NCBI GenBank assembly: GCA_029856525.1
Contig: JAHQXC010000024.1
Location: 1 to 17,049 of the forward strand
Direction of reading: 5' to 3'
DNA: 17,049 nt
Source: Candidatus Odinarchaeia archaeon
GTDB lineage: Archaea > Asgardarchaeota > Odinarchaeia > Odinarchaeales > Odinarchaeaceae
Shown here piece by piece: positions 1-6,979 of the stretch. The notes beneath the pieces were generated by a model that was not told the DNA's origin, ran no database searches, and saw only the letters and a list, made by a program, of their open reading frames with translations. The position numbers and the translations under genes are program-made. Position 1 is the first letter of the stretch, and each line of letters begins with the position of its first letter.

Positions 1-818
1 TTCAAATAGCTGACTGCGGCTTAAACTCGGATCCAAAGTATAATCCGGATGGGTCAATCTACGGTCCATCGATCATTGAGCTGAAAGGCTTCACTGAAGC
101 TGAAGCGATGGGAGTGTTAACTAATGAGAATAAGCATGTGATGAAAGCGTTAACCGTCGAACAGATAAAGGAGAAAGTGAATTTATTCGGTGAAGCGGCG
201 CGTCGAGCTATTAAAGCTGGATTTGACGGGGTTGAACTTCACGCCGCTCACTCTTATTTAATATCCCAGTTTCTCTCAGATCTATATAATAAGAGAAGAG
301 ATGAATACGGTGGCAGCCTCGAAAACAAGATGAGATTTCTATTAGAGGTTTTCAGTGAAGTGAAAGATAATGTTGGAGGCCATCCGGTATCTGTGAGATT
401 AAACGGAGAAGACGGGGTTGCAGGCGGTATAACTATACGGGAAACTGTTAAAGTCGCTGAGAAGCTTGTAGAAGCGGGATGCGATTTAATATCTGTAAGC
501 GGAGGAGCTCCTGAGAAAACAGGAATAGTAAAAGAAAGCGATGAAGCGTATTTTTCAAGCTTCGCTAAGAAAATTAAAAGCCATGTTAAAACACCGATTC
601 TTTTAACTGGAGGTATAAGAACACCGAGAGTAATAGACAGGTTATTAAAAGAAGGAGTATGCGATCTCATAGGTTTAGCGAGACCGTTAATCGCTGAACC
701 TAATCTCATATCGAGATGGAGGGCTGGTGATCTTAGAAAAGCTAAATGCATCTCCTGTAACAAGTGTTTTTATGAAGAGGGGCTTAGAAAATACGTGAAC
801 TGCCCTGTTTTTAAATAA
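1..818 (+). CDS. NADH:flavin oxidoreductase / old yellow enzyme family protein (5'-partial; true start is upstream of the window)
   Basis: Motifs GFDGVELHAAHSYLISQFLS, NKRRDEYGGSLENKMRF, TGGIRT and GLARPLIAEP are typical of OYE TIM barrels. C-terminal CISCNKC-x11-C. The frame is open from base 3 (QIADCGLNSD...) to the ATG at 108, so 108 is an internal Met. Confidence 0.9.
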   Translation, partial: QIADCGLNSDPKYNPDGSIYGPSIIELKGFTEAEAMGVLTNENKHVMKALTVEQIKEKVNLFGEAARRAIKAGFDGVELHAAHSYLISQFLSDLYNKRRDEYGGSLENKMRFLLEVFSEVKDNVGGHPVSVRLNGEDGVAGGITIRETVKVAEKLVEAGCDLISVSGGAPEKTGIVKESDEAYFSSFAKKIKSHVKTPILLTGGIRTPRVIDRLLKEGVCDLIGLARPLIAEPNLISRWRAGDLRKAKCISCNKCFYEEGLRKYVNCPVFK

Positions 819-847
819 CAACATGGTTTGAAGAATTCACCATGCGC

Positions 848-2218
848 TTATATGAATATTGGTAGAGTTAAACCGAGTAAACCAACTTCAATATATAATA
901 TGAGCGAGGAGAAAGCGACTTCTACAATGGATAGAATTGAACCTACTTTAAGATATTCTCTAAGAGTTATTTTCAAACCCCCTCTCCTGATAACGTCAAA
1001 CCACATTAGTATAGCTAAAGAGCCTATAGGGAAAAAGTGGGGGCCGATATTATTTCCGATAATATTTGAGAATATAAGATTTGTACCAGTCTCCGGAGTT
1101 AAACCGATAGATGACACAGCGTATCTTATTGAAACCAATCCTAGTAGAGTCATAGGCCAGTTATTCATAAAACTGGCTAGAATCGTGACTGCTAAAGAAG
1201 GTGTTAGAAAACCTAGATATGAGGGTAAATGCGACGCGGATGTTAGAAGTAAACCGATGAAATCTATAATACCTGCGGTTCTTAAACCTTGAACCACTAT
1301 AAATATGCCGATCATGAAAACCAGTATACCCCAGTTAACCTCTCTTAGAAGCTTGGAGACAGATTTATAAGTATTCGGCTGAACGTTATCTCTCTTAGAA
1401 TAAAAATAATATACTATTAAGAGGGAGAATGCTCCTGAGCATATAACCGTGGAAACTGGTATTCTAATGAAAGAGGTTAAAACATAGCCTATATCTATGA
1501 TTATAAGTGTTGTGAATATAATTTTGATTAACCTATGGGACGCTAACATAAGCCCGCAATCTAAATCCACGCATCCAGCGTCATATTTAACCGGGATCTT
1601 ACTTCTAAAAAACAAGTAGACGACTAAAATGCTGAAGAAAACTGTGATAACAGCGACAGGGCCCATAAAAATAAGATGATCGATAAAAGTATATTTGAAA
1701 AAGTCTGCGCTAACAATGTTAACAGGGTTGCTTGTTATAAGAGGCATCGCAGCTGTATCAGCTACAAACCCCGCTGCGAAAAGGTAAACCATTCTAGAGC
1801 CGCCTTTAAAATCTAGTTGACGCGTAATCTCCACAACTATAGGTGTTAAAATGAGTATAGCGGAATCGTTTGCGAAAAGAATACTAACCGCGGCTGTTAA
1901 CAACGCTACATAAATATATAGTCTTCTACCGTCTCCTTTAGCATAGTGAATGATTTTTAAAGCAGCCCATTTAAAGAAGCCCATAGCATCCAAGGTTACA
2001 GATAATGTGACAATACCGAAGAATGCTAAAGCTGCATCCCATATCTCTGTAAGCAAGCCGAGAGCTTCTAAAACAGTAACCGTTCCAACTAATAAAGATA
2101 GTAAAGCTCCTATGCTCGCGGTGATGCCTATATTTAAGTTTTTAGGCCTTTTTATCAAAAGAAAGAGAGTGACGCTGAAAATCACTATAGAGGCTACGGT
2201 CTTAATTTCCATAGACAT
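848..2218 (-). CDS. arsB: Arsenite efflux membrane protein ArsB
   Basis: Very hydrophobic 456 aa. [62 protein letters not shown], NNWP and IGSLAILMW closely follow the ArsB consensus ([54 protein letters not shown]). The start could be Met3 (2212). Confidence 0.88.
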   Translation of the reverse strand: [456 protein letters not shown]

Positions 2219-2241
2219 CGCTTATAGCGTTAAAATTCTAT

Positions 2242-2250
2242 CTTAAAAAA
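2242..2250 (-). promoter_or_regulatory. Putative TATA box for a leaderless arsB transcript
   Basis: The minus strand reads TTTTTTAAG 24-32 nt upstream of the ATG at 2218, the usual spacing for leaderless archaeal mRNAs. No SD precedes the ATG. The same T-rich tract could also terminate the upstream 88-aa gene. Confidence 0.35.
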
Positions 2251-2275
2251 TAAGAGAAGAAGGGGTATTTCATGT

Positions 2276-2542
2276 TTAAGACTGCTTCTTCTGCTTCAAG
2301 TACGCGTACAAATACGGGCGGGTGTGCAGGTCCTTGTATTCTTCATTATAGTTTTGAATATAACAGCGTTTAACAACTTCGTCTATTGTCAAATCGCTGA
2401 GAGTTTTAATAATACCCATCTCATCGTCTCCTAGTTTTTTCACATGAACGTCTTCACCGCATAAAGGGCATGGTAATATTAAAGTCTCCTTACCGATGAC
2501 AAGGTTTTTAATCCAATGTTTTAATTCAGGATGTTTAACCAT
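2276..2542 (-). CDS. Small hypothetical protein with a single CxxC (CPLCG) knuckle
   Basis: 88-aa ORF with a strong SD (GGAGGA 5 nt before the ATG) and an upstream TATA-like TTAAATATATAAG (about 2594-2582, minus). No family recognised. Confidence 0.7.
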   Translation of the reverse strand: MVKHPELKHWIKNLVIGKETLILPCPLCGEDVHVKKLGDDEMGIIKTLSDLTIDEVVKRCYIQNYNEEYKDLHTRPYLYAYLKQKKQS

Positions 2543-2581
2543 ACTATTCCTCCTATCCAGTAGCGTGTTTATTCAAAGATG

Positions 2582-2594
2582 CTTATATATTTAA
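2582..2594 (-). promoter_or_regulatory. Putative TATA box for the 88-aa gene
   Basis: The minus strand reads TTAAATATATAAG about 40-50 nt upstream of the ATG at 2542, leaving room for a short SD-containing leader. Confidence 0.4.
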
Positions 2595-2841
2595 TCCTGC
2601 GAAGTTTATGAGCATATTTGTGCCCTTACTAATATAAATGAGGTAATAGGTATCTTCATCTAAAAGTTTCCAGTTTTGAAGAAAAAGAAATATTAAAAGC
2701 TTTTAAAAATAATTAAAGCAGTTTAAATCCTCATAATCGTTTAAAAAAGTTAAAAAATTTTTTTAGGTTATAAAAAGACTTATAAAGCCTTAAAATCTAC
2801 CAAAAAGAATCTGGTAGACGAGCAGATAGTTAAGTGAAAAT

Positions 2842-2852
2842 TTTAAATATAA
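2842..2852 (+). promoter_or_regulatory. Putative TATA box of the hydrogenase operon
   Basis: TTTAAATATAA preceded by purine-rich GTGAAAA (BRE-like), about 30-50 nt upstream of the candidate starts at 2879/2897. Confidence 0.45.
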
Positions 2853-2878
2853 GAAATAATGTTTAACGATTTGTAAAA

Positions 2879-3226
2879 ATGAAAGGAATGATCACCATGC
2901 TAGATGAAGTATGGGTTCCCGTAGCTTTTATAATAATTCTTATAGCTACAGCTGCGATTTACACATGGGGTAGAAAGATAGCACCGCCGTCGAGAAATAA
3001 AGGAGAAGCGGTTGAAAGCTATGCTTGCGGTGAAGAGCAACCTGATATACATACACATTTCAGAATAAACTGGTTTTACTATGCCGTATACTTTATGATA
3101 TTCGATATTATAGCTTTCATATTAACATTCGGAGCCTTCCAGATAGGTGTTCTACCCGCAGTTTACGCTGTAGTACTCTACGCGGCTGTATCAATAGTAG
3201 CCGTAGTAGTTTTATTAAGGGGGTAA
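2879..3226 (+). CDS. NuoA/ND3-like (MbhI N-terminal-like) membrane subunit of a group 4 [NiFe]-hydrogenase; probable start 2897
   Basis: Three hydrophobic segments with the loop motif ESYACGE (cf. NuoA PYECG) and YFMIFDI (cf. FLxFDVE). First gene of the cluster. The ATG at 2897 is preceded by GGAATGATC. Confidence 0.8.
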   Translation: MKGMITMLDEVWVPVAFIIILIATAAIYTWGRKIAPPSRNKGEAVESYACGEEQPDIHTHFRINWFYYAVYFMIFDIIAFILTFGAFQIGVLPAVYAVVLYAAVSIVAVVVLLRG

Positions 3227-3230
3227 AAAA

Positions 3231-3680
3231 ATGAGTAGATTAGTAGACTGGGCTAGAAGAAGCTCACCCTGGTTGCTACACTTCAACTCAGGCAGCTGCA
3301 ACGGCTGCGATATAGAAATTTTAGCTGCTTTAATGCCGAGATTCGATTTAGAAAGATTCGGGGCTTTACTGAAGGGGAGCCCACGCCACGCAGATGTATT
3401 AGTCTGCACTGGACCTGTTACAAGACAACAGGCACCGCGTCTTAGAAGAATATATGAGCAGATGCCTGAGCCTAAATTCGTAATGGTGGTAGGGACATGC
3501 GGTTCAACAGGCGGAGTTTTCAGAGGATGCTATAATGCAGCTGAAGGTATTGACACAGTTATACCAGTAGACGTCTATGTACCCGGATGCCCCGCTCGAC
3601 CTGAAGCTATAGCTTTAGGAGCGGTTAAACTTTTAGAAAAACTGAAAAACGCTCAGAAACAGGCTAGAGGTGAAAAATAA
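3231..3680 (+). CDS. Group 4 [NiFe]-hydrogenase small subunit (NuoB/HycG/EchC/MbhJ family)
   Basis: SCNGCDIE (CxxC, hydrogenase-type rather than the NuoB tandem CC), SPRHADVL, GTCGSTGG and YVPGCPARPEA supply four Fe-S cysteines. TAATG overlap with the next gene. Confidence 0.92.
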   Translation: MSRLVDWARRSSPWLLHFNSGSCNGCDIEILAALMPRFDLERFGALLKGSPRHADVLVCTGPVTRQQAPRLRRIYEQMPEPKFVMVVGTCGSTGGVFRGCYNAAEGIDTVIPVDVYVPGCPARPEAIALGAVKLLEKLKNAQKQARGEK

Positions 3681-5413
3681 TGGCGGAGTTAACTCAAATA
3701 CCTAAAACTGAAGAGTTGAAAAACGAATATGAAATCGTTGAAGAGATGAAAAACCTGCTTGGAAGCGATTTACTCGAATACAAGGTTCCGCGTGTAAACC
3801 GGGTTTGGATAACAGTCCCGAACGGTAAACACTACAAAGCAGCTGAGCATTTATATAAGAAGATGGGCGTCTGGTTTATAAGCACTGTAACCGGCTTAGA
3901 CTTAAAAGATCATTTTGAAGTATTATTCCATCTATTAGACATGCAGAGAAAAGTTGAGATCACCATTAGAGTCCCTGTATCTAAAGATAAACCTGAATTA
4001 GAATCTTTAACAGACTTCTATCCGGGCGCTAACCTCTATGAGAGAGAAGTCTACGATATGTTTGGAATAGTTTTTAAAGGACACCCTAATCTTAAAAGAC
4101 TTCTATTAGCTGAAACCTTCCCTGAAGGAGAACACCCGTTAAGAAAAGACTGGACTCCGGATAAATGGGATCCTAAAAAAGTTCCGCTTATACAAAGAAA
4201 ACCAATTCTACCAGAGGAGACCAGCGACTACGTTCTCCAAGTTGGGCCTCAAACTCCAACTCTAAAAGAACCTATGAACTTCGAAGTCATAGTAGACGGG
4301 GAAATAGTCGTCGACGTGATACCGCACATAGAATACAATCATAGAGGTTTAGAGAAAGCGTTCGAGCAGAGAACGTTTATACAAGGCATCTACATGGCGG
4401 AGAGAGTCTGCGGTATTTGCAGTCAAGCTCATACACTACCATACTGCGACGCTGTAGAGCAGCTGCTTGGAGTCCAAGTGCCGCCGAGAGGAAAATACAT
4501 TCGAACAATGGTCACAGAGTTTAACAGAATCCACAGCCACCTGCTATGGATAGGAGTAGCCTGCCATCTAATAGGCTGGGATACCATGTTCATGTACAGT
4601 TGGAGGGATCGAGAGGTTATCTTAGATTTAACTGATCTAGTATGCGGAAGCCGTGTAACAGCGGCTATAAACACAATCGGAGGGGTTCGAAGAGACATAA
4701 CAGATGAGCAGATATATAAAATAAGGAAGGGCATGGATATACTTGAAAAAAGAACGAAGACATATAAGAAAATCGTGTTAGAGGAGGATACTCTACTGAA
4801 ACGCGCTGTAGGCGTAGGCTATTTGAATCCCTCATACCTTAAAGCTATGAGCGCTGTAGGCCCAGTTATTAGAGGATCAGGTGTTAAAACAGATGTAAGA
4901 TATGATGACCCGCATTTCGGCGCATACGATGAAATCCCGTTCAACGTCTGCACATCCGATATGTGTGATGTAGCTGGCAGATTAGTAGTCCGCGTCGACG
5001 AGCTTATAGAATCCATTAACATAATAAGATATATCCTAGATCATCTCCCAAGCGGTGAGGTGAGAGTTAAAGTACCCAGAAAGGTACCTCCCGGAGAAGC
5101 GGTAAGTCATAACGAAGCGCCTAGAGGAGAAGTCTTCTATTATATTAAATCAAATGGCACAGATAAACCTGAAAGAGTTAAGGTTATCACACCTACCATG
5201 GCTAATCTTCTACCAATCATAGAATCTTGTAAAGGCCATTATATAGCGGACTTCGTTCTAAACTTCGGTAGCATCGATCCTTGCATAGCATGCATGTGCA
5301 GAACAACCTTCATAGATATCTCTAAGAGTAAGCCGAAGAAATGGGTTTGGACAGATGAAGAGATGAGGCGCTATGGAATAGAATGGTATCAGAATAGAGG
5401 TTGGAGGAGATAA
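3680..5413 (+). CDS. Group 4 [NiFe]-hydrogenase large subunit, fused NuoC+NuoD-like (HycE/HyfG-type architecture)
   Basis: N-terminal 30-kDa-type domain (YEREVYDMFGIVFKGHPNLKRLLL...HPLRKDW). L1 RVCGICSQAH (C244/C247) and L2 DPCIAC (C535/C538), followed by Arg541 and a 36-aa tail. SD GAGGTGA upstream. Confidence 0.92.
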   Translation: MAELTQIPKTEELKNEYEIVEEMKNLLGSDLLEYKVPRVNRVWITVPNGKHYKAAEHLYKKMGVWFISTVTGLDLKDHFEVLFHLLDMQRKVEITIRVPVSKDKPELESLTDFYPGANLYEREVYDMFGIVFKGHPNLKRLLLAETFPEGEHPLRKDWTPDKWDPKKVPLIQRKPILPEETSDYVLQVGPQTPTLKEPMNFEVIVDGEIVVDVIPHIEYNHRGLEKAFEQRTFIQGIYMAERVCGICSQAHTLPYCDAVEQLLGVQVPPRGKYIRTMVTEFNRIHSHLLWIGVACHLIGWDTMFMYSWRDREVILDLTDLVCGSRVTAAINTIGGVRRDITDEQIYKIRKGMDILEKRTKTYKKIVLEEDTLLKRAVGVGYLNPSYLKAMSAVGPVIRGSGVKTDVRYDDPHFGAYDEIPFNVCTSDMCDVAGRLVVRVDELIESINIIRYILDHLPSGEVRVKVPRKVPPGEAVSHNEAPRGEVFYYIKSNGTDKPERVKVITPTMANLLPIIESCKGHYIADFVLNFGSIDPCIACMCRTTFIDISKSKPKKWVWTDEEMRRYGIEWYQNRGWRR

Positions 5414-5415
5414 AA

Positions 5416-6465
5416 ATGGTCTTAGACATCTTCCTTGGAATCCTTCAAATAGTTTTATTCCCCGGCATAGTATTCTGCATAGGATTAACATTTCTCCTTG
5501 AATGGATTGATAGAAAATACTACGCGGATTTACAGAACAGAATGGGGCCCCTCTACGTTGGTTGGAGAGGTATACTTCAACCCTTCGCCGACTTCATTAA
5601 GCTTATGGCTAAAGAGGATATCACCCCGAAGGCCGCTGATAGAAGACTTTTCACAGCGACACCTTTCTTCTCGGTAGCGGTGCCTTTACTAGCCTTACTA
5701 TTCATTCCAATAACTAATGTGACAGGCGTTTTAAGCTTTCAAGGAGATCTCATATTCGTATTATTCTTAACAACAGTGATCGCCATATTAATTATACTAG
5801 CAGGGTATTCTTCAATGAACCGTTACAGTTCAATAGGAGCCGCCAGAGCAGGGTTACAATTAATGGGTTATGAAATACCTTTAACTTTAGCCGCGCTGAC
5901 ACCTGCCATGATAGCTAGAAGCCTAACTATAACAGAGATAGTTAAGTATCAAGCTGTAGCAGGTATGAGTATTCTAATATTCCCGAGCATGATCGCATTC
6001 GGAGTATTCATAATAACGCTTCTACCTGAATTGGAGAAAATACCCATGGATATACCTGAAGCAGAGACTGAGCTTGTAGCAGGCTGGCAGACAGAGTTCA
6101 GCGGTAAAAAATACGCGTTTCTCAGATTATCAAATAATCTAGAGCTTCTTTTAGGAGCAGGACTAGCGGTCACATTATTCTTAGGCGGACCCTATGGAAT
6201 AGAGAAGCTCCCAGGTTTGACAGCCCTAGATCTAGCGATTCAAGCTAATATAGTGTTATCCACAGTGTGGTACACTGCCTGGTTCCTTATTAAGACGGCG
6301 ATAGTTGTTTTAATAATAACGAATCTAAGAGCTTTATTCTCCAGGTATAGAATAGACCAGATGGTGAGAGGGGCATGGAAATATTTAACACCGCTCATGA
6401 TAGGGATTACAGCGATCACCATGCTTTTAAGCGCGGCTGTACCTGGCTTATATCCTATCGTTTAG
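5416..6465 (+). CDS. NuoH/ND1-like (HycD/EchB/MbhM) membrane subunit
   Basis: QNRMGP, GILQPFADFIKLMAKE, PMDIPEAETELVAGWQTEFSG and RYRIDQ match the ND1 family. Start moved from the track's TTG 5401 to ATG 5416 because 5403-5409 is the SD (GGAGGAG) and this removes the overlap with the previous gene. Confidence 0.92.
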   Translation: MVLDIFLGILQIVLFPGIVFCIGLTFLLEWIDRKYYADLQNRMGPLYVGWRGILQPFADFIKLMAKEDITPKAADRRLFTATPFFSVAVPLLALLFIPITNVTGVLSFQGDLIFVLFLTTVIAILIILAGYSSMNRYSSIGAARAGLQLMGYEIPLTLAALTPAMIARSLTITEIVKYQAVAGMSILIFPSMIAFGVFIITLLPELEKIPMDIPEAETELVAGWQTEFSGKKYAFLRLSNNLELLLGAGLAVTLFLGGPYGIEKLPGLTALDLAIQANIVLSTVWYTAWFLIKTAIVVLIITNLRALFSRYRIDQMVRGAWKYLTPLMIGITAITMLLSAAVPGLYPIV

Positions 6466-6477
6466 AGGTGAAATATA

Positions 6478-6858
6478 ATGGTTAGAAAACTAGGAGCAAT
6501 GGAACCGGAACTGTTAAAAAATCTCACTAAGAAAAGAGCTACAGTACTCTACCCTTTTGAAAAAATAGAGCTACCTGAAGCTTACAGAGGCTTATGGAGT
6601 TTCGATATAAACAAGTGTACAGGGTGCGGTTTATGCGCTAAAGACTGTCCGAGCGGAGCTATAGAGCTTAAGCCGACTGAGAGAACAAAAGCGGGCAGAT
6701 ATCCTATAAATTATGTGAGCAGATGCATGTTCTGCTCTCAATGCCAGGAAGTATGCCCAACCGGCGCGATTAAAATGACACCTGTATACGAGCTGTCAGA
6801 TTACAGGAAGAAGATAATAGACGCTGAAGCCCCCGAAGGCTACAGATACGAAGAGTAA
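6478..6858 (+). CDS. NuoI/HycF/EchF-like 2x[4Fe-4S] subunit
   Basis: CTGCGLCAKDCP and CMFCSQCQEVCP; TVLYPFEK N-terminal motif; SD GAGGTGA at 6465-6471. Confidence 0.92.
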   Translation: MVRKLGAMEPELLKNLTKKRATVLYPFEKIELPEAYRGLWSFDINKCTGCGLCAKDCPSGAIELKPTERTKAGRYPINYVSRCMFCSQCQEVCPTGAIKMTPVYELSDYRKKIIDAEAPEGYRYEE

Positions 6859-6890
6859 TATTCTTTTCCACCATCCCATATTTTTTAATA
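6859..6890 (+). terminator. Putative oligo-T terminator of the hydrogenase operon
   Basis: TTCTTTT and TTTTTT tracts directly after the NuoI-like stop codon. Confidence 0.35.
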
Positions 6891-6918
6891 TAATATACTT
6901 TCATGGAAACCTAAATTT

Positions 6919-6927
6919 TTTATATAA
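6919..6927 (+). promoter_or_regulatory. Putative TATA box for cimA
   Basis: TTTATATAA about 55-60 nt upstream of the TTG start; SD GAGGGA at 6966-6971. Confidence 0.4.
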
Positions 6928-6979
6928 GAGAATTATCTTCAATTCTAAGCAGAGGTTAAAGATATGAGGGATTATTTTA

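Noticed and set aside
254-2246. Track ORFs 254-763 (-), 828-1292 (+) and 1950-2246 (+)
   Set aside because: Antisense shadows of the well-supported OYE and arsB genes; no motifs or SD.
4409-5300. Selenocysteine recoding in the hydrogenase
   Set aside because: All ligand positions are ordinary Cys codons and there is no in-frame TGA.
3215-6422. Minus-strand ORFs 3215-3409, 4429-4734, 4819-5022, 5258-5491, 5949-6173 and 6240-6422
   Set aside because: All lie within or across hydrogenase genes on the opposite strand and resemble no family.
2879-6858. Calling the cluster NADH dehydrogenase (nuo) or Fpo
   Set aside because: The large subunit keeps both CxxC Ni-binding motifs and the small subunit has CNGC rather than tandem CC; no NuoEFG or FpoF is present.
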